From: a virus
Taxonomy: Duplodnaviria; Caudoviricetes
IMG/VR virus record: IMGVR_UViG_3300008085_000084
Location: 1-32,644 of that record
Direction: 5' to 3' (one strand)
DNA: 32,644 nucleotides
Position 1 is the first letter of the stretch, and each line of letters begins with the position of its first letter. Positions 10,114-19,314 of the stretch are shown here, piece by piece. A program made the translations under genes and the position numbers. The notes beneath the pieces are model-generated. The model saw only the letters and a program-made list of their open reading frames with translations. It made no database searches and had not been told where the DNA came from.

Positions 10114-11088
10114 ATGATTAAATCAAGACCATTATTAAATAGAGAAACACTATTTCAACATATTGATCAAAAAGCAATATTTGAGCATTATGGTCAACCT
10201 TATACTACTAAACAATTTTCATCTACTGTAAGAAAAGATGCTCATCCAAGTTGTAAATTTCTTGTACATTCTGATAACACATTATTAATATATGATTATG
10301 CTTTAAAAGAAGCATATAATGCTATAGGTTATGTAGCTAAGAAATTTAATATTTCTTATAATGATGCTATGTATCAAATACATGATGATTTTAAGTTATC
10401 TGTTAATTATGTTGAAACAAAACAAATAGTTACAGAAATAACTAAATCAAATAAATCAATAATTGGTGTTAGTAAACAAGAATTTACTACAACAGATATT
10501 ACTTATTTAAAACAGTTTGGAATTACACGCAAACAATGTGATTTTTATAACGTATTTTCAATTAAGTATTTATTTCTTAATAGTAAACTATTTCATGTGT
10601 ATAATAGTAGTGATCCTATGATAGGATATTATTTTGGTACAGATGAATATGGTAATGAACGATGGAAAATTTATTTTTATAAACGTAAAAAAGACACTAT
10701 TCGATTTATATGTAATACAAATAGAATAGCAGGTTGGATTCAAATACCTAAAGAAGGTGATTTATTAATTTTAACAAAATCTCTTAAAGATGTAATGGTA
10801 TTACATCGTATGAATTATCATGCTATAGCAGGTCAAAGTGAAAACTTTCATTTTTATCAATCTATTATAGATGAATTAAAACAACGATTTAAACAAATTG
10901 TTGTTATCTATGATAATGATGAAAAAGGAATATTATTTTCTAATGCTATTTGTTCTGAATTTAATTTAGAACAACGATTTATGCTTCATAAAGATATAAG
11001 TGATCAAGTTAAATTAACTAATTATCAATCTACTTTAGAGTATATACAAAAATTATTAACTAATGATTCAAACAATAACACAAGATGA
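10114..11088 (+). CDS. DNA primase (TOPRIM, crAss-type)
   Basis: N-terminal R.D..PSC...YD domain; TOPRIM motifs ILTKSLKDVM and YDNDEKG. Confidence 0.85.
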   Translation: MIKSRPLLNRETLFQHIDQKAIFEHYGQPYTTKQFSSTVRKDAHPSCKFLVHSDNTLLIYDYALKEAYNAIGYVAKKFNISYNDAMYQIHDDFKLSVNYVETKQIVTEITKSNKSIIGVSKQEFTTTDITYLKQFGITRKQCDFYNVFSIKYLFLNSKLFHVYNSSDPMIGYYFGTDEYGNERWKIYFYKRKKDTIRFICNTNRIAGWIQIPKEGDLLILTKSLKDVMVLHRMNYHAIAGQSENFHFYQSIIDELKQRFKQIVVIYDNDEKGILFSNAICSEFNLEQRFMLHKDISDQVKLTNYQSTLEYIQKLLTNDSNNNTR

Positions 11089-11722
11089 TTACCTTAATCA
11101 TTTTCAAATTACTAATTTAGAACCTATATGTAAACTCATTATTCCTGAGTTTCCAACACAAATATTATTATCAAAAGCTAGAAGAGCTACTTACTACACT
11201 AAAGAAAATAGAGATAGTTTACCTAAATATTTATTAGCTAAAGTACATTCTAAAGAGTATTCCTTTATTAACAAAGGAACAAAAAAGAATAGTAAGCTTA
11301 TTTTATGTGATAATCATGGTACTCCTATTATAAAAAATAAACTTAGTGTTGGTAAACCTCGATATGCAACAATGTCTGGTAACGATTTTATGTCAGGTAT
11401 GCATCCTGGTGTAAGAAGTAAAATGGTTCATACTCTAAAAAACTTTTATAAACCATTTATTAAAGATTTACCTGTATTTGATCCTTCAAAACAATTACGA
11501 GTATTTTGGAAATTATCTACTGTACTTAGTGGTGAATGGGATCCTTCAAATTTATTCTTTTATTATAAATACTTTGAAGATACATTAGTAGATGAACATA
11601 AATTACAAAATGATACTTATCAATTTGTAAAACAACCAGGAAATGCACCATTTATCTCACCTGTAGAAAAATGGGAAGAACGTAAATTTGAATTTTATTT
11701 TTATTATAATGGCACAACTTAA
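11063..11722 (+). CDS. putative RusA-like Holliday junction resolvase (divergent)
   Basis: C-terminal WDPSNL....KYFEDTL....LQND resembles RusA DxDN..K...D.L......DD, but the second Asp is replaced. Confidence 0.5.
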   Translation: MIQTITQDDYLNHFQITNLEPICKLIIPEFPTQILLSKARRATYYTKENRDSLPKYLLAKVHSKEYSFINKGTKKNSKLILCDNHGTPIIKNKLSVGKPRYATMSGNDFMSGMHPGVRSKMVHTLKNFYKPFIKDLPVFDPSKQLRVFWKLSTVLSGEWDPSNLFFYYKYFEDTLVDEHKLQNDTYQFVKQPGNAPFISPVEKWEERKFEFYFYYNGTT

Positions 11723-12698
11723 TTATCAACTATTGGAAGGTATTTCTCAATCACGATTAAAATTAATTGAGAAAAATCCTAGTGAATACAATAGTTTTAC
11801 ATACAATGATGAGAACAAAAGTAAAGCTATGATTCGTGGTTCTTTTGTTGATGAAATACTATTAACAAAAGATATTGATGCTTCTATGAGCAAATTTTTC
11901 AATCAAAATATTGTTTTAAATCGAGTTCCTAGTGATAAGGTACAATTGATTCTTAAAACATACGCTGATAGAGTAAATTTAGGACAAGAAGAATCAGATG
12001 ATGTATTATATGATATATCACAAGAAATAGGCTATCAATCTAATTGGAAGAAACAAACTGTATTAGATGCATTAATGAAAGATGGTGGAGATCAATATTA
12101 TATGAATCTATCATCAGGTAAATCTATTATATCAAGAGAAGAAAAAGAAAAGATATTTAATATAATTAGATATTTTCAATCTTCTAATGATATGATTCAA
12201 GATATACTATGTGATAGTTTATCTCAGTTTCATGTTCCTTATTTATCTGATTTTAAACATAATACAGGTAACTATAAGATTAAAGCTGAATTAGATATTC
12301 AATTAAATGATGCTATTTTTGATTTTAAAATCATTAATCAATCTCTTACAACATTCTTTTGGTCATACTTTATAGGCTTTAAATATTATGTACAAGCTGT
12401 ACATTATTTACAAGCAAGTAAAGCTGAAACATTTACTTTTGTTGTTTATTCAACAGTAGAACAACGTCATGCTTGTTTTACAGTAAGTAAAGTATGGATA
12501 CAAAGATGTATAGGTATATATGGTTTAGAACCTTTTGCTCAAGATGATAATTACTTTACTATAAAAAGTAGAGAATATATTACTTATAATGGTTTATTTA
12601 ATCGTTTAGCTAATCACATTGATATAGATAAATGGGATATGCCTTATGAGTATTATCTCAATGAATACAACATATTACCAATAGATACATGGATGTAA
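11709..12698 (+). CDS. PD-(D/E)xK exonuclease (exonuclease VIII / DUF3799-like)
   Basis: ISQSRLK, GSFVDEILL, KAELD...IFDFK and YYVQAVHY motifs; ATG at 11709 preferred over TTG at 11688. Confidence 0.75.
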   Translation: MAQLNYQLLEGISQSRLKLIEKNPSEYNSFTYNDENKSKAMIRGSFVDEILLTKDIDASMSKFFNQNIVLNRVPSDKVQLILKTYADRVNLGQEESDDVLYDISQEIGYQSNWKKQTVLDALMKDGGDQYYMNLSSGKSIISREEKEKIFNIIRYFQSSNDMIQDILCDSLSQFHVPYLSDFKHNTGNYKIKAELDIQLNDAIFDFKIINQSLTTFFWSYFIGFKYYVQAVHYLQASKAETFTFVVYSTVEQRHACFTVSKVWIQRCIGIYGLEPFAQDDNYFTIKSREYITYNGLFNRLANHIDIDKWDMPYEYYLNEYNILPIDTWM

Positions 12699-13363
12699 CT
12701 TCTTTAGTAGGTTCTTCTTGGAATAGTATATTACATGATGAATTTGATAAAGATTATATAAAAAGTTTAATGCAGTTTATTACTGAACAACGTAAAAAAG
12801 ATATAGTATATCCTTCTCGTAATGAAGTATTTACTGCATTTAAACTTACTCCTTATAATCAAGTTAAAGTAATTTTATTAGGTGAAGAACCCTATCACAA
12901 AGAAGGTTTATCACATGGTTTAGCTTATTCTTGTAAAGAAGAACTTGAAATATATCCTGCTACATTAAGAAATATCTTAATAGAAATTGAAAATGACTAT
13001 GAATGTTTTTTATATGATACGCATGATTTATCTTATTTAGCAAAACAAGGTGTATTATTACTTAATAGAATACTTACTGTAACTAATGGTCTTCCACTAT
13101 CTCATAAGGACAGAGGATGGGAGAGATTAATTATTAAAGTTGTTCAATTATTAAATAAAAAGAACAATCTTGTATTTTTATTGTGGGGTGAAAACAATTG
13201 GTTTTTAGAATCCTACATAGATCAAACTCGTCATTTAATACTAAAAACTTCTTCTCCCTCCCCTGCTTATATAGAACAAGGGTTTAAAGGAAATGGACAT
13301 TTTTGGAAAACAAATGATTATTTACTTAGTAACAATATAGAAGCTATACAATGGATACCATAA
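12689..13363 (+). CDS. ung: family 1 uracil-DNA glycosylase homologue with altered catalytic motifs
   Basis: VKVILLGEEPYH, HGLAYS, QGVLLLN..LTV, SHKDRGW, VFLLWG, SPSP and GF.G..HF..TN.YL motifs. Confidence 0.9.
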   Translation: MDVTSLVGSSWNSILHDEFDKDYIKSLMQFITEQRKKDIVYPSRNEVFTAFKLTPYNQVKVILLGEEPYHKEGLSHGLAYSCKEELEIYPATLRNILIEIENDYECFLYDTHDLSYLAKQGVLLLNRILTVTNGLPLSHKDRGWERLIIKVVQLLNKKNNLVFLLWGENNWFLESYIDQTRHLILKTSSPSPAYIEQGFKGNGHFWKTNDYLLSNNIEAIQWIP

Positions 13364-13617
13364 AATCACCTTATAGTTTAATAGATCAAGTTCTTCATAA
13401 AAAAGAAAAAGAATCTTCTCGATTAAGAAAATATGATGCTTGGACTATACCAGCAGAATATATAAGTGTATGTGATAAAATTGTTTATGTAACTGAAAAA
13501 GATACTTATACTATTTCATCTAAACTTGCTATGGAAGTAGGTTTAACACAAACTTTAAACAATGAACTTAAAATAATTATTCCAGTATTTTATTGGGATT
13601 TAAAGTCTGCACAATGA
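13351..13617 (+). CDS. hypothetical protein
   Basis: 88-aa ORF coupled to ung and rIIA. Confidence 0.65.
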   Translation: MDTIKSPYSLIDQVLHKKEKESSRLRKYDAWTIPAEYISVCDKIVYVTEKDTYTISSKLAMEVGLTQTLNNELKIIIPVFYWDLKSAQ

Positions 13618-15662
13618 AATTTGAAGTAGAAGAATTAGATATTGAATCTTCAAAACCTATAGAATCAAATGCTTATGCGTTTGATATTAAAGATATAGGT
13701 ATGGCTTTTCATGCATTTGTTAATTATAGTAATCCATTAGGCTCTTTTATTAGAGAAATAGCATCTAATGCATGGGATGCTAATGTTGAAAATGAGAAAT
13801 ATGATGAACCTATTATTATATCATATAAAGATAACCAATTACATTTTCAAGATAAAGGTATTGGTATATCTCCAGATAGAATGAGTAGTGTATTTCAATA
13901 TTTCTTTAAATCAACTAAAAGAAATACAAATGGTCAAATCGGAGCCTGGGGATTAGGAAGCAAAAGTCCGTTAGGTTATGTAGATACATCTTTTTCTTTA
14001 ATTACTGTATATGATAATAAAGAATATCATTATGTAATTACTAAAAAAGCAAGTGGTCCTACTATTGATTTAGTAGATACTATTGATGTACTAGATAAAC
14101 CTACAGGTACTACTGTAATTGTACCTATGAAACATGAACCACATGATGTAACTAATGAAATAAGAAAACAACTTATTTATTTTCATAATGTTTACTATAA
14201 TGGTTTAGGTTTAAATAATGAATATAAAATTGAAGAAGCAAATACATTTTTATATTCTAAAGAAGTAGGTTTACAAACATTACATTTAGCTTATGGACCA
14301 GTTATTTATCCTATTGATAGACAATTGTACATGAGTATAATTAAAGATGATTTTAATCATAATAATAAGATAAATGATGAAGAAACTAACTTATTAGAAA
14401 ATTTATTTAATATACCTATAGGATTAAAATTCGATATTGGTGAATTAGATGTTACTTGGAATAGAGAATCTGTTCAATTTAATGATAAATCAATAAATGC
14501 TATTAAATATAAATTGTTGTTATTGTTAAGTGAAATAAAATCTTATATTCCTACATTAACACCTGATTATTTAGAATCATTTTTAAATAATTCTTTAGAT
14601 AATAGTAATGAGTTTTATATTAAAAATCATATTATTAATAAATTGAATTTATATCCTTGTTTAACAACAAGATATTTTAGTTCTAATATCAATAATATTA
14701 ATAATTATAAAGACTATACTTATTCTGTATTTAGAAAAGGTAAAAATCATACTTATAAAGTAATTAAAGATATTGAATTAAAAGAATATCAAATAAAATA
14801 CTTTATTAATTATCATGGTAGTTTAATTAATATATTGAGTTATGAAGAATTTATTAAAAATTTAGAACGAAATATATATGCTAAAATATCTATTGAAAAA
14901 GTAGATAGTCAACAAGAAGTATATTTAAAAATAATATATAATTATTATATATGTACATTTAAATTAGCTAGTTCTTATGATTATCCTAAAACATCTCTTA
15001 AAACAGAAAGTGATGGTAGTTTAGCTTATGCTACTATTTCTTATAATGGACTTCATAGAAATAAAATAAACTCTCATAAATTAGTAGAAGATAAAATAAA
15101 AAGTATTATTCCTATTAATCAAAGATGGATTGTTTCAACTTATGCTAATAAAAAAGTAGCTATAGATTTTAATAATGAATTTAGCACTTCAAAATATAAA
15201 TATCAATTAGTATTTGTATCTCAAGAGAATTATGATTTCTTTTGTTCTTTACCAAGAGCAATTTCATTTGTAGAATTTATAGATAAGTTTATTCCACGTT
15301 TGATAAAACGAGAAACAGAAATATATGTATTAAGCCATTTTAATTATTCAGATTGGAATATGCTTAAATTTTTAGCTGATAAATTTGCTTATTTTAAAAT
15401 AATGCAAAATAAACTAAATTTAATTTCAAAATCTAAATATGATTTAAGATTAAAGCTTAGTTATAGTAGTTTAGATGAATCTATTTTAGATGAGTTTAAA
15501 TTATTAAAAAACACAATAGAAGAATTTAAAGAAAATGGTTCTTCTATTTTTAAACATATAAGAGATTTAACTGAATTTCTAAAAGATCCTATATCAATAG
15601 ATTATGTTAAAAATCTTAAAAATCCTTTATTAACATATAAACTTAATCTTAAAAAAGAATGA
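13614..15662 (+). CDS. rIIA: rIIA-like protein (N-terminal GHKL/HATPase domain)
   Basis: YSNP..SFIREIASNAWDA, D.GIGIS, STKR, GAWGLGSKSP, GTTV and FDIGELDVTWNRE motifs; start at ATG 13614 (ATGA overlap). Confidence 0.85.
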   Translation: MKFEVEELDIESSKPIESNAYAFDIKDIGMAFHAFVNYSNPLGSFIREIASNAWDANVENEKYDEPIIISYKDNQLHFQDKGIGISPDRMSSVFQYFFKSTKRNTNGQIGAWGLGSKSPLGYVDTSFSLITVYDNKEYHYVITKKASGPTIDLVDTIDVLDKPTGTTVIVPMKHEPHDVTNEIRKQLIYFHNVYYNGLGLNNEYKIEEANTFLYSKEVGLQTLHLAYGPVIYPIDRQLYMSIIKDDFNHNNKINDEETNLLENLFNIPIGLKFDIGELDVTWNRESVQFNDKSINAIKYKLLLLLSEIKSYIPTLTPDYLESFLNNSLDNSNEFYIKNHIINKLNLYPCLTTRYFSSNINNINNYKDYTYSVFRKGKNHTYKVIKDIELKEYQIKYFINYHGSLINILSYEEFIKNLERNIYAKISIEKVDSQQEVYLKIIYNYYICTFKLASSYDYPKTSLKTESDGSLAYATISYNGLHRNKINSHKLVEDKIKSIIPINQRWIVSTYANKKVAIDFNNEFSTSKYKYQLVFVSQENYDFFCSLPRAISFVEFIDKFIPRLIKRETEIYVLSHFNYSDWNMLKFLADKFAYFKIMQNKLNLISKSKYDLRLKLSYSSLDESILDEFKLLKNTIEEFKENGSSIFKHIRDLTEFLKDPISIDYVKNLKNPLLTYKLNLKKE

Positions 15663-16855
15663 GTGTATTTTATCAATATAATAAAAATCTTCTTACTGTA
15701 ATTATTAATGGTAAACATCATAGATATGAAGAAGAAGAAAAAGTTAGTGTACTTCTTCCTTATTGTAGAGAATACGATAATGAAAAAGATGTAGCTAAAA
15801 AGAAAGAATTAGAAAAACAATTACAATTAGTTCTTAATTATGGAGATCAAATGCATCTTCATGGTGTAGAAGGCTTAATTGTTAAAAACGGTTCTTTTTA
15901 TTTAGAAAATGTACCTGTACCTATCCCTAAACAATTAGTTCGTAAACTAAATGATTTAGTAGAATTTCCTAATCGTATTGAATCATTAAAACGATTTTGG
16001 TTATTGTGTATGGCTAATCCAGACCCTATTGCTAGATATGGATTCTATAATTATGTAGAAACATTTGGTGTACCTATTAGTGAAAATGGTTATGCTATTA
16101 TGTATAAACAAGTTGAAAGAGTTCAAAAGAAACATTTCTTTGATGAATTAGATTCTGAAATTCAAGAAATGGTTGATTTTAAATTACAACAATATGGTAT
16201 CATTGAATCACCTAAATCTATTGTAGATAAAGATGTATTAAAACCATTATTACATACTTGTATTTATAGTGATCCAAATGGTGTATTAGAATTTGGTGAT
16301 ATTCAACAAGTAAAAAGTTCTACTAATTTAACAGCTGGATTTAATTTTCAACGTTTATTAGATAGAAATATTACTATTGCTGAATCACCTGATTATAAAC
16401 CATTTTATAAAGGTGGTGTATATGGTAATGATATTTATTTAGGTAAACCTGTTATAATGCCTAGAGGTGAAGCAGATTCTAATTCTAAAAATGATTGTTC
16501 TGTTGGGTTACACGTTGGTTCAAATTCCTATGTGAAAAAATTCTATAATGATTCACCCAATTCTGTTGTATTAGCTTGTTTAATTAATCCAATGAATGTT
16601 GTTGCTATTCCTGATTATGATCATTCTAAAATGAGAGTATCAGAATATTATCCTTATGCTGAAATAGCTAAAGATGAAAACAATAATTGGTTTGAAATTG
16701 AATCTGCTTATACAGAGAACAATTATTTGAATTATGAAGTAGATTTATTAGAAACTACTAAAAAGCAATTGAAGAAAACTCATATTGCTATGGATACAAA
16801 TAACGATGAGTTTATTGATTTATTAATAAAATCTCGTAAACAATTAATTAGTTAA
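15659..16855 (+). CDS. rIIB: rIIB-like protein
   Basis: Follows rIIA; FW..CMANP, I.ENG....YK, MPR...D......CSVGLHVGS..Y, INPMNVVAIP.YD.SKMRV motifs. Confidence 0.88.
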   Translation: MSVFYQYNKNLLTVIINGKHHRYEEEEKVSVLLPYCREYDNEKDVAKKKELEKQLQLVLNYGDQMHLHGVEGLIVKNGSFYLENVPVPIPKQLVRKLNDLVEFPNRIESLKRFWLLCMANPDPIARYGFYNYVETFGVPISENGYAIMYKQVERVQKKHFFDELDSEIQEMVDFKLQQYGIIESPKSIVDKDVLKPLLHTCIYSDPNGVLEFGDIQQVKSSTNLTAGFNFQRLLDRNITIAESPDYKPFYKGGVYGNDIYLGKPVIMPRGEADSNSKNDCSVGLHVGSNSYVKKFYNDSPNSVVLACLINPMNVVAIPDYDHSKMRVSEYYPYAEIAKDENNNWFEIESAYTENNYLNYEVDLLETTKKQLKKTHIAMDTNNDEFIDLLIKSRKQLIS

Positions 16856-16861
16856 TTAATT

Positions 16862-16898
16862 AATCTCTCTCTATTAATTTAGAGAGAGATTTTTATTT
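16862..16898 (+). terminator. intrinsic terminator
   Basis: 12-bp perfect stem AATCTCTCTCTA / TAGAGAGAGATT followed by a T-rich tract, right after the rIIB stop. Confidence 0.8.
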
Positions 16899-16910
16899 AT
16901 ATATAAGTTT

Positions 16911-17186
16911 ATGAATACAATAAAACGTATTGATTATAAAATTACTACTTGGGTAAGAGTATCAATAAATGATGAGAGTTTTAAAGAAGATAAATCTTTA
17001 AAACAAAAAATATTAAATGAAATAAATAATGGATTACATCCTGTTGATTTACCTAGCGTTTTTCCAGAAGTTAATTTTAATTTTGAAACAATGTTAGATT
17101 GTGAAGAAAACTTAACTACTGAAGAAAATGGTTATCCTGTTATTGAAGTATATGATAATGAAAATAATATAATTTTATCAAAATGA
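16911..17186 (+). CDS. hypothetical protein
   Basis: 91-aa ORF, ATGA-coupled to the next gene. Confidence 0.65.
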   Translation: MNTIKRIDYKITTWVRVSINDESFKEDKSLKQKILNEINNGLHPVDLPSVFPEVNFNFETMLDCEENLTTEENGYPVIEVYDNENNIILSK

Positions 17187-17383
17187 AAAAAACAGCAGAA
17201 ATAGGTATAGCATTATTAGCTTTATGTAATTTAATAATACTTTTAACAAAAGTATGGATTATAGTAGAATTTATATTATATGTATTTAAAGATAACCCTT
17301 TTAATTGGTTGAGTATTACTACACTTGTAATATTTATATTACTAAGTTTTATTATTAAAAAATTTATAGAAAATAATTTATGA
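17183..17383 (+). CDS. small membrane protein (two predicted TM helices)
   Basis: 66 aa with two long hydrophobic stretches. Confidence 0.6.
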   Translation: MKKTAEIGIALLALCNLIILLTKVWIIVEFILYVFKDNPFNWLSITTLVIFILLSFIIKKFIENNL

Positions 17384-17907
17384 TACTAAGTGATAAACAA
17401 ATATTAGAAAGAATAGAAAAAGGTGATATTGTATTATCACCTTTTGATAAAGATAGCTTAGGTTCTAATTCGTATGATGTTAGACTAAGTGAATATGTTA
17501 GTGAATACAATAATGATTTATTAGATGCTAAAAAAGATAATACTATACATACTCGTAAATTTAATGAGTTGATACTATTACCTAATAAATTATATTTAAT
17601 GTCAACATTAGAATATACTGAATCAAGAAATGTAGTTCCTGTTATCTCAGGTAAATCATCTATTGGTAGATTAGGTATTAATGTTCATGTTACAGCAGGT
17701 TTTGGAGACAATGGATTTTGTGGTCATTGGACATTAGAAATTTTTGTATTACAACCTGTTAGAGTATATGCTGGTATGAAAATAGGTCAATTATATTGGT
17801 ATGAGACAGGAGAATGTGAACAATCTTATGATAAAAAAGAAACTTCTAAATATAATGATCAACCTGAATTACCACAAGGTAGCAGAATGTTTAAGAATTT
17901 TATTTAA
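17380..17907 (+). CDS. dcd: dCTP deaminase
   Basis: MILSD, NSYDVRL, GKSSIGRLG, TAGFGDNGFCGHWTLE, GMKIGQL and KY..Q motifs. Confidence 0.92.
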   Translation: MILSDKQILERIEKGDIVLSPFDKDSLGSNSYDVRLSEYVSEYNNDLLDAKKDNTIHTRKFNELILLPNKLYLMSTLEYTESRNVVPVISGKSSIGRLGINVHVTAGFGDNGFCGHWTLEIFVLQPVRVYAGMKIGQLYWYETGECEQSYDKKETSKYNDQPELPQGSRMFKNFI

Positions 17908-17912
17908 TAATT

Positions 17913-18092
17913 ATGGAAAACCCTGAATATATAATAATACTAGATTATGAATCTGGTATTACTCATATAAGACGATATAAAGAGTTTGTTAAAGAAAATG
18001 ATATAAAAGATATTATATCTTATATGGAAGAAAATTATCCTAATAAAAATGTTAGCTGGATGATTAGTAATAATTTATTGATGTCAATATAA
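17913..18092 (+). CDS. small hypothetical protein (59 aa, not in ORF track)
   Basis: MENPEYIIILDYESGITHIRRY...VSWMISNNLLMSI*; fills the gap after dcd exactly. Confidence 0.6.
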   Translation: MENPEYIIILDYESGITHIRRYKEFVKENDIKDIISYMEENYPNKNVSWMISNNLLMSI

Positions 18093-18098
18093 ACTAAT

Positions 18099-18170
18099 AA
18101 AGAAGGACTCAATACTACAAAGCGCATTACTAGTTGAATAACATGGAGATACACTCCAGAGTCCTTCTTT
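18099..18170 (+). ncRNA. candidate structured RNA element (multi-stem)
   Basis: Perfect 12-bp closing stem AAAGAAGGACTC / GAGTCCTTCTTT enclosing 48 nt that include the hairpin TGGAG-ATACA-CTCCA; intergenic if the next gene starts at 18188. Confidence 0.4.
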
Positions 18171-18187
18171 TATTTAAAATAAACAAT

Positions 18188-18502
18188 ATGAATAAGAATA
18201 TACACATACTACCAGATGAAAATGGTTGTCAAAATAGAAAACGTATTTTGGTAGAATTAAAAAAAACACTTGAAGAAGCCTCTGAAAATTACTTTCGTTC
18301 AAAAGAATGGATGCAAAATAGTGCATCAGAATGGGTTCAAACAACCTTTAAAGCAGGTGCAAAATATCAAGCTGAACTAATGTATAGTGAAGAAGAAGTT
18401 AAAGAAATAGCTATTAAGTTTTTTCATCATTGGTACAATGTTAAAGGAAACACCCCCGAAGAAGCTTTTGATAAATGGTTTGAACAATTTAAAAAGAAAT
18501 AA
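18188..18502 (+). CDS. hypothetical protein
   Basis: ATG at 18188 (MNKNIHILP) preferred over TTG at 18134; TLEEAS...FKAGAKYQAELMYSEEEV...KWFEQFKKK. Confidence 0.65.
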   Translation: MNKNIHILPDENGCQNRKRILVELKKTLEEASENYFRSKEWMQNSASEWVQTTFKAGAKYQAELMYSEEEVKEIAIKFFHHWYNVKGNTPEEAFDKWFEQFKKK

Positions 18503-18504
18503 TT

Positions 18505-18726
18505 ATGAAATTATATACCGAAGAACAACTGTTTGACATCTGTCAATCGGTAGCAGAGAAGATGTGTGCTAATGCTCTACCAGAAGAAGTTATAATCGAG
18601 AATTGTAAATATTACGGACATTCAAAAATTAAAATAGACATTGAAACCATTAATTCTTTAATGGATGACGATAACATTGATGTTATAAACGTAGCATTAT
18701 GTTCATATAAAATACATCATACTTAA
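18505..18726 (+). CDS. hypothetical protein
   Basis: 73-aa ORF starting MKLYTEEQL. Confidence 0.55.
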   Translation: MKLYTEEQLFDICQSVAEKMCANALPEEVIIENCKYYGHSKIKIDIETINSLMDDDNIDVINVALCSYKIHHT

Positions 18727-18754
18727 CTTAGACAAAAAATAAACTTAATGATAT

Positions 18755-18811
18755 GAAAAATGTTGATTTGAAAAAACGTCACCCCTGCATCTTGCTAAAC
18801 CGCTGTTATGT
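18755..18811 (+). repeat. attC-like element, right half only (E0)
   Basis: TTGCTAAACCGCTGTTAT (18792-18809) is 16/18 identical to TTGCCAAACTGCTGTTAT (20132-20149); ends in core GTTATGT at 18805. Left boundary approximate. Confidence 0.6.
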
Positions 18812-18852
18812 GCTGGGCGGGTTATCAGCACTAAATTTAATTTAAAAACGAA

Positions 18853-19023
18853 ATGAATACAGAAACTTGCAAAAGATGTAAAGGTAACGGCTACTATGAA
18901 GCATTAGTTAGCCAACACGATGATGAAAAAGAAACCGTTAAATGCGAAAAGTGTAATGGTAAAGGAACTGTTTGTCAAATGACCGAAAAAGAAGAAAATG
19001 ATTATTGGGAGGACTATCGGTAG
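18853..19023 (+). CDS. small zinc-finger protein with two DnaJ-type CxxCxGxG repeats (56 aa, not in ORF track)
   Basis: MNTETCKRCKGNGYYEALVSQHDDEKETVKCEKCNGKGTVCQMTEKEENDYWEDYR*; stop lies directly before the cassette end. Confidence 0.8.
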   Translation: MNTETCKRCKGNGYYEALVSQHDDEKETVKCEKCNGKGTVCQMTEKEENDYWEDYR

Positions 19024-19029
19024 TCTTGT

Positions 19030-19162
19030 ACATAAGATTTTGCATTTTGCAGAAGTGCGAAATTACGAAGAACAAATTTTCAATTTAACAACAAAATTAT
19101 GAGCGAAGAACAGAACATCAATAAACCACAAGACCCCTCATTTTTGCAAGGTGCCGCTAGGC
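19030..19162 (+). repeat. complete attC-like element (E1, 133 bp)
   Basis: ACATAAG ... GCTAGGC (degenerate versions of RYYYAAC/GTTRRRY); 16-bp arms 19042-19057 and 19139-19154 pair fully on the top strand with four G-T pairs. Confidence 0.7.
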
Positions 19163-19308
19163 GTAGTTTTAATTGGTTAAGCGACCTTATGACTGCCCAA
19201 TGCCCAAGATGCGAATTAGGTAGAGTTTCGCACGACCGTTCAGAACCGCATGGTTGGACAACAATTGAAGTTTATAAATGCAATAGATGTAATACGGAGT
19301 TTGTATAA
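19099..19308 (+). CDS. small zinc-ribbon protein (CPRC...CNRC)
   Basis: Two CxxC pairs; start codon and first ~19 codons lie inside element E1; stop directly before TTACGCCTAAC. Confidence 0.7.
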   Translation: MSEEQNINKPQDPSFLQGAARRSFNWLSDLMTAQCPRCELGRVSHDRSEPHGWTTIEVYKCNRCNTEFV

Positions 19309-19314
19309 AATTAC

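Noticed and set aside
18099-18170. tRNA or twister ribozyme assignment for the structured element
   Set aside because: No T-loop/D-loop consensus; only superficial similarity to twister, and I could not build its P2 stem and pseudoknots.
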